From Bugula neritina (lineage: Eukaryota; Animalia; Bryozoa): DNA of 64,000 nucleotides. Position numbers and translations under genes: made by a program. This document shows, piece by piece, positions 39,001 to 54,000 of this stretch. How positions within the stretch are numbered: position 1 is the first letter of the stretch; the number at the start of each line of letters is the position of its first letter. Location of the stretch: assembly GCA_964035545.1 (NCBI GenBank), contig OZ037767.1:28474628-28538627 (forward strand). Direction: 5' to 3'. Below the pieces are notes generated by a model. That model worked only from the letters and a program-made list of their open reading frames with translations. It was not told where the DNA came from and did no database searches.

Positions 39001-42000
39001 TTGAAGATTCAGCCAATCAGCAGCCAGCTCTAGTAATGACTGCTGACTCTCTGGACCTATCAGCTGTCACTCCAGTCGCAGCGCAGACTAAGAACGGTCA
39101 GGAAGGTCAAGGGCAGAGTCACTCTACACCAATAGATGTCGCCGACCAAAGCTATCTAGGCTTACATCAGCCACCGGTTGGTTTATTTCTCTAAGCTGAG
39201 AAATAGTTGATAGAAACGTCGATTCACTGTGGGTGTTCTATATGTTGCTTTAATATCATGTGTTCCCCTTGCAGTATCCTAGCTTTAATATATGTGCTCG
39301 TAGTGTGAGTGCACACACTGCTAGTTTATGTACTTCGTTATCACCATTTAAAAAGATTTAATAAAGTTGCTCAGCAAAATCAATTTTTGATGTATGAATG
39401 AGCATGCGTTAGTTCAACAAAATTTGCTCAACTTTCTCAGAAAATACTTTTGTTATTAATTTGGTTTTAAAATTTTTTGCTTGAACTATTAATTCTTAGT
39501 TTTTGTAAACTCAGTGTTCCAAACTTGAAGGTAATTTAATGTCATGAGTTTCTAGGCTGAAGCGATATATATATCTCATGTACTTAACTCGTAGCTTATC
39601 TATTGATAGCCAAGGGTGTGGGAGGAATTTGCTAACAGTTCCCCTCAGCAGTTATCATTGGATGATAAAAGTAGGTCAGATGACATCCTGACTCCGCCCA
39701 TTTCTCTCCCTGGTTATCAATATCGGCAGGTAACTTCCCTATGGCTCTAATGCTACTGTATTTTTCATGTTTTTATTTTCGGATTTAGATTTGCGAATGC
39801 CGAAGTATGTTTCCAATTTTTCCGTTGGTCCTGAAAATATTATATTATTTTGTATGCAGTAAAAATAAAGATTTGCTACTTTTGGTCAATAAGAATAAAA
39901 ATATTATAGTGTCTTGTAGCATGTGCTACATGATCTTCATTTTCTGGTGTCTGTTAATTGCAGAATGAGCAGGTGCCTGCAGCAAAGTTATTGCAGACAC
40001 CTGCTGTGAAGTATCAAGAGTTATATGGAGGTGTCAATTCACGGCAGGCTGGTGCAGGTGCTAGCAAGTATCCTCCCGAACAGTGGAATGTGGACCCTGT
40101 ATCTGAGAAACCTCTCTACGACCCCACTGAGATGGCAAACAGGGACTGGTTAGTTATTATATGTCTACACTATTACATGTCTATAATATTACATGTCTAT
40201 ACTATTACATGTCTATACTACTACATGTCTATACTACTACATGTCTATACTATTATATGTCTATACTATTATATGTCTATACTACTACATGTCTATACTA
40301 TTACATGGCTATACTATTATATGTCTATACTATTATATGTCTATACTACTACATGTCTATACTATTACATGTCTATACTACTACATGTCTATACTATTAC
40401 ATGTCTATACTACTACATGTCTATACTATTATATGTCTATACTATTATATGTCTATACTATTATATGTCTATACTACTACATGTCTATACTATTACATGT
40501 CTATACTATTACATGTCTATACTATTACATGTCTATACTATTATATGTCTATACTACTACATGTCTATACTATTATATGTCTATACTACTACATGTCTAT
40601 ACTATTACATGTCTATACTACTACATGTCTATACTATTACATGTCTATACTACTACATGTCTATACTATTATATGTCTATACTATTATATGTCTATACTA
40701 TTATATGTCTATACTACTACATGTCTATACTATTACATGTCTATACTACTACATGTCTATACTATTACATGTCTATACTACTACATGTCTATACTATTAT
40801 ATGTCTATACTATTATATGTCTATACTATTATATGTCTATACTACTACATGTCTATACTATTACATGTCTATACTATTACATGTCTATACTATTACATGT
40901 CTATACTATTACATGTCTATACTACTACATGTCTATACTATTATATGTCTATACTATTACATGTCTATACTATTATATGTCTATACTATTATATGTCTAT
41001 ACTACTACATGTCTATACTATTACATGTCTATACTACTATATGTCTATACTATTATATGTCTATACTACTACATGTCTATACTATTACATGTCTATACTA
41101 CTATATGTCTATACTACTACATGTCTATACTACTACATGTCTATACTATTACATGTCTATACTATTATATGTCTATACTATTATATGTCTATACTACTAC
41201 ATGTCTATACTATTACATGTCTATACTATTATATGTCTATACTATTATATGTCTATACTATTATATGTCTATACTACTACATGTCTATACTACTATATGT
41301 CTATACTACTACATGTCTATACTACTACATGTCTATACTACTACATGTCTATACTATTACATGTCTATACTACTACATGTCTATACTATTATATGTCTAT
41401 ACTACTACATGTCTATACTATTACATGTCTATACTATTATATGTCTATACTATTACATGTCTATACTATTACATGTCTATACTATTATATGTCTATACTA
41501 TTACATGTCTATACTATTACATGTCTATACTATTACATGTCTATACTATTATATGTCTATACTATTATATGTCTATACTATTATATGTCTATACTACTAC
41601 ATGTCTATACTACTATATGTCTATACTACTACATGTCTATACTACTACATGTCTATACTACTACATGTCTATACTATTACATGTCTATACTATTACATGT
41701 CTATACTATTACATGTCTATACTATTACATGTCTATACTATTACATGTCTATACTACTACATGTCTATACTATTATATGTCTATACTATTACATGTCTAT
41801 ACTATTATATGTCTATACTATTATATGTCTATACTACTACATGTCTATACTATTACATGTCTATACTACTATATGTCTATACTATTATATGTCTATACTA
41901 CTACATGTCTATACTATTACATGTCTATACTACTATATGTCTATACTACTACATGTCTATACTACTACATGTCTATACTATTACATGTCTATACTATTAT

Positions 42001-45000
42001 ATGTCTATACTATTATATGTCTATACTACTACATGTCTATACTACTACATGTCTATACTATTATATGTCTATACTACTACATGTCTATACTATTACATGT
42101 CTATACTACTACATGTCTATACTATTATATGTCTATACTACTACATGTCTATACTATTATATGTCTATACTATTACATGTCTATACTATTATATGTCTAT
42201 ACTATTATATGTCTATACTACTACATGTCTATACTATTACATGTCTATACTACTATATGTCTATACTATTATATGTCTATACTATTACATGTCTATACTA
42301 CTACATGTCTATACTACTATATGTCTATACTATTACATGTCTATACTACTACATGTCTATACTACTACATGTCTATACTATTATATGTCTATACTATTAT
42401 ATGTCTATACTATTACATGTCTATACTACTACATGTCTATACTACTACATGTCTATACTACTACATGTCTATACTATTACATGTCTATACTATTATATGT
42501 CTATACTATTATATGTCTATACTACTACATGTCTATACTATTACATGTCTATACTATTACATGTCTATACTATTACATGTCTATACTATTACATGTCTAT
42601 ACTATTACATGTCTATACTACTACATGTCTATACTACTACATGTCTATACTATTACATGTCTATACTATTACATGTCTATACTATTACATGTCTATACTA
42701 TTACATGTCTATACTATTACATGTCTATACTATTACATGTCTATACTATTACATGTCTATACTACTACATGTCTATACTACTACATGTCTATACTATTAC
42801 ATGTCTATACTATTATATGTCTATACTACATACATGTCTATACTATTACATGTCTATACTATTATATGTCTATACTATTATATGTCTATACTATTATATG
42901 TCTATACTATTACATGTCTATACTACTACATGTCTATACTATTACATGTCTATACTATTACATGTCTATACTACTACATGTCTATACTATTACATGTCTA
43001 TACTATTATATGTCTATACTATTATATGTCTATACTACTACATACATGTCTATACTACTACATGTCTATACTATTACATGTCTATACTATTACATGTCTA
43101 TACTATTATATGTCTATACTACTACATGTCTATACTATTATATGTCTATACTATTATATGTCTATACTATTACATGTCTATACTATTACATGTCTATACT
43201 ATTACATGTCTATACTATTATATGTCTATACTATTACATGTCTATACTATTACATGTCTATACTATTATATGTCTATACTATTACATGTCTATACTATTA
43301 CATGTCTATACTATTATATGTCTATACTATTACATGTCTATACTATTATATGTCTATACTATTACATGTCTATACTATTATATGTCTATACTATTATATG
43401 TCTATACTACTATATGTCTATACTATTATATGTCTATACTACTACATGTCTATACTATTACATGTCTATACTATTATATGTCTATACTATTATATGTCTA
43501 TACTACTACATGTCTATACTATTACATGTCTATACTACTACATGTCTATACTATTACATGTCTATACTATTACATGTCTATACTACTACATGTCTATACT
43601 ATTATATGTCTATACTATTACATGTCTATACTACTACATGTCTATACTATTATATGTCTATACTATTACATGTCTATACTACTACATGTCTATACTATTA
43701 CATGTCTATACTATTACATGTCTATACTACTACATGTCTATACTATTACATGTCTATACTATTACATGTCTATACTATTACATGTCTATACTATTACATG
43801 TCTATACTATTACATGTCTATACTATTACATGTCTATACTACTACATGTCTATACTATTATATGTCTATACTACTACATGTCTATACTATTACATGTCTA
43901 TACTATTATATGTCTATACTATTATATGTCTATACTACATACATGTCTATACTATTATATGTCTATACTACTACATGTCTATACTATTACATGTCTATAC
44001 TATTATATGTCTATACTACTGCATGTCTATACTATTACATGTCTATACTATTATATGTCTATACTATTACATGTCTATACTATTATATGTCTATACTATT
44101 ACATGTCTATACTATTATATGTCTATACTATTACATGTCTATACTATTATATGTCTATACTATTATATGTCTATACTACTACATGTCTATACTATTACAT
44201 GTCTATACTACTACATGTCTATACTATTATATGTCTATACTATTACATGTCTATACTACTACATGTCTATACTATTACATGTCTATACTATTACATGTCT
44301 ATACTACTACATGTCTATACTATTACATGTCTATACTATTACATGTCTATACTATTACATGTCTATACTATTACATGTCTATACTACTACATGTCTATAC
44401 TATTATATGTCTATACTACATACATGTCTATACTATTACATGTCTATACTATTATATGTCTATACTATTATATGTCTATACTACATACATGTCTATACTA
44501 TTATATGTCTATACTATTACATGTCTATACTATTACATGTCTATACTATTATATGTCTATACTATTATATGTCTATACTACTACATGTCTATACTATTAT
44601 ATGTCTATACTACTACATGTCTATACTATTATATGTCTATACTATTATATGTCTATACTATTACATGTCTATACTATTACATGTCTATACTATTATATGT
44701 CTATACTATTACATGTCTATACTATTACATGTCTATACTATTATATGTCTATACTATTATATGTCTATACTACTACATACATGTCTATACTACTACATGT
44801 CTATACTATTACATGTCTATACTATTACATGTCTATACTATTATATGTCTATACTATTATATGTCTATACTATTATATGTCTATACTATTACATGTCTAT
44901 ACTATTATATGTCTATACTACATACATGTCTATACTATTATATGTCTATACTATTACATGTCTATACTATTACATGTCTATACTATTATATGTCTATACT

Positions 45001-48000
45001 ATTATATGTCTATACTACTACATGTCTATACTATTACATGTCTATACTATTACATGTCTATACTATTACATGTCTATACTATTACATGTCTATACTATTA
45101 TATGTCTATACTATTATATGTCTATACTACTACATACATGTCTATACTACTACATGTCTATACTATTACATGTCTATACTATTACATGTCTATACTATTA
45201 TATGTCTATACTATTATATGTCTATACTATTATATGTCTATACTATTACATGTCTATACTATTATATGTCTATACTACTACATGTCTATACTATTATATG
45301 TCTATACTATTATATGTCTATACTATTACATGTCTATACTATTATATGTCTATACTATTATATGTCTATACTACTACATGTCTATACTATTACATGGCTA
45401 TACTACTACATGTCTATACTACTACATGTCTATACTACTACATGTCTATACTACTACATGTCTATACTATTACATGTCTATACTACTACATGTCTATACT
45501 ATTACATGTCTATACTATTATATGTCTATACTATTACATGTCTATACTACTACATGTCTATACTATTACATGGCTATACTACTACATGTCTATACTACTA
45601 CATGTCTATACTACTACATGTCTATACTACTACATGTCTATACTATTACATGTCTATACTACTACATGTCTATACTATTATATGTCTATACTATTACATG
45701 TCTATACTATTACATGTCTATACTATTACATGTCTATACTATTACATGTCTATACTATTACATGTCTATACTATTACATGTCTATACTACTACATGTCTA
45801 TACTATTATATGTCTATACTATTATATGTCTATACTATTACATGTCTATACTATTATATGTCTATACTACTACATACATGTCTATACTATTACATGTCTA
45901 TACTATTATATGTCTATACTATTACATGTCTATACTACTACATACATGTCTATACTATTACATGGCTATACTACTACATGTCTATACTACTACATGTCTA
46001 TACTATTACATGTCTATACTATTACATGTCTATACTATTACATGTCTATACTATTATATGTCTATACTATTATATGTCTATACTACTATATGTCTATACT
46101 ACTACATATCTATACTATTATATGTCTATACTATTATATGTCTATACTACTACATACATGTCTATACTATTACATGTCTATACTACTACATGTCTATACT
46201 ATTACATGTCTATACTATTATATGTCTATACTATTACATGTCTATACTACATACATGTCTATACTATTACATGTCTATACTACTACATGTCTATACTATT
46301 ACATGTCTATACTATTATATGTCTATACTACTACATGTCTATACTATTATATGTCTATACTATTACATGTCTATACTATTACATGTCTATACTATTATAT
46401 GTCTATACTATTACATGTCTATACTACTACATGTCTATACTATTACATGGCTATACTACTACATGTCTATACTACTACATGTCTATACTACTACATGTCT
46501 ATACTACTACATGTCTATACTATTACATGTCTATACTACTACATGTCTATACTATTATATGTCTATACTATTACATGTCTATACTATTACATGTCTATAC
46601 TATTACATGTCTATACTACTACATGTCTATACTATTACATGTCTATACTATTATATGTCTATACTACTACATGTCTATACTATTATATGTCTATACTATT
46701 ACATGTCTATACTATTACATGTCTATACTATTATATGTCTATACTATTACATGTCTATACTATTATATGTCTATACTACTACATGTCTATACTACTACAT
46801 GTCTATACTATTACATGTCTATACTACTACATGTCTATACTACTACATGTCTATACTATTACATATCTATACTATTACATGTCTATACTATTACATGTCT
46901 ATACTATTACATGTCTATACTATTATATGTCTATACTATTACATGTCTATACTACTACATGTCTATACTACTACATATCTATACTATTATATGTCTATAC
47001 TATTATATGTCTATACTACTACATACATGTCTATACTATTACATGTCTATACTACTACATGTCTATACTATTATATGTCTATACTACTACATGTCTATAC
47101 TATTACATGTCTATACTATTATATGTCTATACTATTACATGTCTATACTACTACATGTCTATACTATTACATATCTATACTATTACATGTCTATACTATT
47201 ACATGTCTATACTATTATATGTCTATACTATTACATGTCTATACTACTACATGTCTATACTACTACATATCTATACTATTATATGTCTATACTATTATAT
47301 GTCTATACTACTACATACATGTCTATACTATTACATGTCTATACTACTACATGTCTATACTATTATATGTCTATACTACTACATGTCTATACTACTACAT
47401 GTCTATACTATTACATGTCTATACTATTATATGTCTATACTATTACATGTCTATACTATTACATGTCTATACTACTACATGTCTATACTATTATATGTCT
47501 ATACTATTATATGTCTATACTATTACATGTCTATACTATTATATGTCTATACTACTACATACATGTCTATACTATTACATGTCTATACTACTACATGTCT
47601 ATACTATTATATGTCTATACTACTACATGTCTATACTATTACATGTCTATACTACTACATGTCTATACTACTACATGTCTATACTATTACATGTCTATAC
47701 TACTATATGTCTATACTATTATATGTCTATACTACTACATGTCTATACTATTATATGTCTATACTATTACATGTCTATACTATTATATGTCTATACTACT
47801 ACATGTCTATACTATTACATGTCTATACTACTACATGTCTATACTACTACATGTCTATACTACTACATGTCTATACTATTATATGTCTATACTACTACAT
47901 GTCTATACTATTACATGTCTATACTATTATATGTCTATACTATTATATGTCTATACTATTACATGTCTATACTATTACATGTCTATACTACTACATGTCT

Positions 48001-51000
48001 ATACTACTACATGTCTATACTATTATATGTCTATACTATTATATGTCTATACTATTATATGTCTATACTACTACATACATGTCTATACTACTACATGTCT
48101 ATACTATTATATGTCTATACTATTATATGTCTATACTACTACATGTCTATACTATTATATGTCTATACTATTACATGTCTATACTATTACATGTCTATAC
48201 TATTACATGTCTATACTACTACATGTCTATACTATTACATGTCTATACTATTACATGTCTATACTATTACATGTCTATACTATTACATGTCTATACTATT
48301 ACATGTCTATACTACTACATGTCTATACTACTACATGTCTATACTATTATATGTCTATACTACTACATGTCTATACTATTACATGTCTATACTACTACAT
48401 GTCTATACTATTACATGTCTATACTATTATATGTCTATACTACTACATGTCTATACTATTACATGTCTATACTACTACATGTCTATACTACTACATGTCT
48501 ATACTACTACATGTCTATACTATTATATGTCTATACTACTACATGTCTATACTATTACATGTCTATACTATTATATGTCTATACTATTATATGTCTATAC
48601 TATTACATGTCTATACTATTACATGTCTATACTACTACATGTCTATACTACTACATGTCTATACTATTATATGTCTATACTATTATATGTCTATACTATT
48701 ATATGTCTATACTACTACATACATGTCTATACTACTACATGTCTATACTATTATATGTCTATACTATTATATGTCTATACTACTACATGTCTATACTATT
48801 ATATGTCTATACTATTACATGTCTATACTATTACATGTCTATACTATTACATGTCTATACTACTACATGTCTATACTATTACATGTCTATACTATTACAT
48901 GTCTATACTATTACATGTCTATACTACTATATGTCTATACTATTATATGTCTATACTATTACATGTCTATACTATTATATGTCTATACTATTACATGTCT
49001 ATACTATTACATGTCTATACTATTATATGTCTATACTACTACATGTCTATACTATTACATGTCTATACTACTACATGTCTATACTATTATATGTCTATAC
49101 TATTACATGTCTATACTATTATATGTCTATACTATTATATGTCTATACTATTATATGTCTATACTATTACATGTCTATACTATTATATGTCTATACTATT
49201 ACATGTCTATACTACTACATGTCTATACTATTACATGTCTATACTATTATATGTCTATACTATTACATGTCTATACTACTACATGTCTATACTATTACAT
49301 GTCTATACTATTACATGTCTATACTATTACATGTCTATACTATTATATGTCTATACTACTACATATCTATACTACTACATGTCTATACTATTACATGTCT
49401 ATACTACTACATGTCTATACTATTACATGTCTATACTATTACATGTCTATACTATTATATGTCTATACTACTACATGTCTATACTATTATATGTCTATAC
49501 TATTATATGTCTATACTACTACATGTCTATACTATTATATGTCTATACTATTACATGTCTATACTATTACATGTCTATACTATTACATGTCTATACTATT
49601 ATATGTCTATACTACTACATGTCTATACTATTATATGTCTATACTACTACATGTCTATACTATTACATGTCTATACTATTATATGTCTATACTACTACAT
49701 GTCTATACTATTACATGTCTATACTATTACATGTCTATAATATTACATGTCTATACTATTACATGTCTATACTATTACATGTCTATACTATTACATGTCT
49801 ATACTATTATATGTCTATACTACTACATACATGTCTATACTATTACATGTCTATACTATTACATGTCTATACTATTACATGTCTATACTATTACATGTCT
49901 ATACTATTACATGTCTATACTATTACATGTCTATACTATTACATGTCTATACTACTACATGTCTATACTACTACATGTCTATACTATTATATGTCTATAC
50001 TATTACATGTCTATACTATTATATGTTTATACTATTATATGTCTATACTATTATATGTCTATACTATTATATGTCTATACTATACTATACATCTCTGTCT
50101 GACAATGCAGATAAGAGATATTAAGATGGAGTTGATTTGAACAACTTGTGTTTCTCTCAAACTCCTAATTTCATAAGCTGACATTAACAAAATATTGAGG
50201 TTATTTCAGAGTATGAAGCCAATTCTCATTAATATGTGTGAAATTGTTAAAATAAAACTGAAAAGAAAGTCCCTTCGTCTATAGTTTAATCTGAAGTATC
50301 AGCATAATGTTAGTCAAAGGGAGAAGCTATTGAATATAATTGATTACAGTGCTGTTTAGCCTGCCTTCCAACCTGGAGTAAATGCATAGTGTTTGGATTT
50401 GTAGGCTAGAGCAAAGGCTGATGTCAAAGTGCATAGAAAGAATGATTAAGGAATACCCACTGAGGAAGCCTATCTCTAACACAGACCCGACACATGGTGA
50501 TGGAGAGGGCAACTCCGAGACAGGATCTGTGGACAATACTCTGATAGGTGAGATCTGTAGCTGTTCTTTTCTTCTACTCAGCAAGTCATTTAGTAACAAG
50601 TGTCATACTTGTATTGGGGATAACTCCTATTTAGTTAGCTATAGTCGCCTATAGCCAAGGTGCCTGTATTTGTATGGGCGTGTCTTAAAGCTCACAACCT
50701 AAAGACGAATAAGTGATGAAGTTCACTCTGCGCTTCCACAATCAGCTGGTCACAATGGGTTTCTGCTTTTTAAATGATGATTTTCCTAAATTGTATCTAA
50801 AGTAAACAATATAATTATTGTAGTGTAATATATTCAAGTTAGCCAATGTCTTACTGTAATAGTTATAATATGATATACGACTACAAAATACAGTTTTAAT
50901 TATTCACAGCACATTGCATCAACCCTCAACTCTCATTGGCTGATATGATTTAGCTCACCTGGTAGATTATGTACTGTGATACTTGCAATTTTTGTAGCTG

Positions 51001-54000
51001 GTGCAATGGGCGAGGGTGGAGTAGCCCAAGTATATATAGATGCAGGTAGACCAATAAACACCCAGCAGGTAAAAGATGTAATGAGGGAATGTTTGGCAGA
51101 GAAAATTAGAACTATGCTAGGTACACGGGAAATGCTGGACAGGACACCAGGAGATGTTATGGAGCCGCAAGCAGGCCAATCAGAGGGCAAATTAGATAAA
51201 ATTAACCAATCGAAAAAGGTTGCTCAAAATGCAGAGTTATTATTTCAACCTGAGGTGAGAATTCCTGTTTTTGTGCTAAAAAAATACTTGAAATAAATTA
51301 GCTTCTAGTTTGGTTTTGATTTATAGTCTAGTTTATAATTATTTGAAATTCATATTTTATTGCAATAATTTCAATGTTTACACAACGTAGCAACGTGAAA
51401 GGGTAAGGACCCCAGAAAGGACACCCCCAACTACACCCCCTGCACAAAGTGTCTCCCCTAAGTTAGTTGCACACACCCCTGAGCCAAGTCCACCTTCTAG
51501 CCTCTCTCTTGAGGCCTCCTATGTGGATGGGGGTTCCGGAGTGTTGGGGCAACGCGGTGTTCGGAGACAAAAATCTGACGTAGAAACCGCCGGCTCACGA
51601 ATGCCTTCCACACCTCTCCAGCTGAGCCGTGAGTTTGTAGTTCTCTGTAATGCTTGGAGTTACTCTCTTTATTTTGTTTGCATAAATTTTACATTCAAGA
51701 ATTAGTCCTATTAACGTCAACGCACACTTACCAGGTACCTCATTCACCTGAGAATGTTGAGTTGGTGTGAAGAATCTGTGGGATATAAGGAGATCTTATT
51801 CTACCTTTAGTTATTTCTTTCAAGGTCAAAATGAGGACAACAAGGTGAATGTTCAGGAAGAGGCAATCCCTCCCTCTCCAGCGCCCCCTTCTGTCCTGCC
51901 CGCGGCAGCAGGCGCTGTCGAAAGACTGCAAGGTCAGGAAGAGAAGTTGCACCTTTCCCAAGTATCTCTCTGGGACACACTCAGCGCGGCCCAGACTCAA
52001 GGTAATAAATCCTTCAGGAACTCCAGCCGAAGTTGTCACAAATTTAGTGAAACTTCGACGACTTATGAGATACTGTGTCTGTTGACTTTTAAAATGACTT
52101 TTATATTTGAAAGATTTTTATCTAGTGGTGCAATTTCTTCATAATGTGCGGTCGTTGTGTTTACAGACAGTGTGTTGGATGAAGAGCCACCATTTGAAAT
52201 GAGATACTCTATCGAGACACCCGAGCCTACGCCCCCATCTAGTCCTCCGCAAGCAGTCTCAGTTCAGACTAGTCTGACTGAGCAAGTGTTACAGGCTAAG
52301 GTAGGTTGGCATTGTTATTGGCATCTAGTTATGTGGTGATGAGTAATAAGTATAAGTAGTATGCCTTGTTTATCTAACACTTCTACTAATCTGACTAATT
52401 AGTATCATATACTGTAGCGCACACACGCACTCGCGTGCTCACACACACACGCACACACTGTAGGAAGTGTAAGTTCATAAGCTGTTGTGAATTTTAGTTG
52501 GCAGCTACGAAAGAGTCAGTCAGACGCAGTGAGTCTGTTGCTACAAGCCTTGATGTTTCCAGGCAAGTTGTTTTATTATTCAGAGTTTTCTCCTCTATGT
52601 ATGAATATACTTCCTCTCTGGCAATGATGTGTGACCTCTTAGCAATGCATTGAACACATTCAAATATCATTACTCACTATGTTATTCTAATACACTTCGT
52701 CTTAAATTCCACTGCCTGTGTGCACACAAAGTGATGATGTCGTCATAATTGCAGATATCTTGAGGAGAGTCGTCCTCAGACCCCACAGCGCCGTCCACCC
52801 TCAGTTGCTCAAACACCAGAAGTAATCCGAGTAGCTCCCGCTCAGTCACCTGCCGCTCTCAACCAATCAGCTGGCTCACAAGTTGTGGCTGTCCAATCAG
52901 AGCCAGATGTTTCCTCCAGCACTGTCACAGAAACCCAGATGAACACAGTCTCAGAGGGAGAGTGGGTGTTGAAAAGTGATGGACAGCTGACACCTAGAGG
53001 TGAGTGATCTGTCAGTTATAGAGGAATCTCCATGTGTGAATAAATCATTGTCTGGTAGTTATTTATCTTTTACACCATACAGTAAGCATCTCTCTTACTT
53101 CGTATAGTAAGTCTCTCTCTTACATTTGCTGACAGGTGAGGGAACCCTAGCTGACTTGAGTTTGGCTAGCACCAGTGATGAAGAACAACCACCTGCTGAG
53201 TCCTGTCATGATGTCACAGACCACAGAGCAACTGTTGTTCATGTCAAATCTCAAGATGAGGCGGTTGAGCCAAGTGAACACAGTCACAGTGAAGGGGAAA
53301 TTTTGGGGTAAACTGAATCCATAATGTCTGTTGATTATATCATGTTTTGCAATTTTATGATAAATATGTAGTAATTGTAGTGCTACTTAGTGCTACTGAT
53401 AGTACTACTAACTTAGTAGTACTATCAGTAGTACTACTAACTTAGTGGTACTGATAGTGCTACTAACTGAAGGCTACTGGTTGACTTCTTAATATCTCGC
53501 TGAGCAGTACATATTTTGGTTAACATCAGTATTGCATAGTATTCACTGAGTAATACTAACTCAATATTACGCACACATTAATACTCGTTTACTAGTACTC
53601 ACTCACTAATACTCACTCACTAGTACTCACTCACTAGTACTCACTCACTAGTACTCACTCACTAGTACTCACTCACTAGTACCCACTCACTAGCACTCAC
53701 TCACTAGTACTCACTCACTAGTACTCACTCACTAGTACTATACTAAACCTACTGTGTTATACCTACTGGTTGCAGGCCCCCCAAAACCAATCCTTTAGTA
53801 GCTCTTCTCAGCAAACTCGGAGAAACACCCAAAGCTTTCAAGTCTCTGAAAGTGGAAGAGGAAGGAGAATATGTTGTGGGATCATCCAGCAGAAGGTGCG
53901 AATACAGCTTTAGCTACATGTTACTCTAGTAAACTAACTGCCACAAGCACCTCAAAAACTAATGTCTAATATCCAAAACTAGTCTAATGGCTAGTTTACC

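Noticed and set aside
39958-50140. Three ~3,300-aa ORFs (MSILLHVYTITCLYYY repeats)
   Set aside because: Artefact of a stop-free 16-bp satellite: all frames give the same peptide, and it lies in a GT-AG intron splitting a conserved TALPID3 motif.
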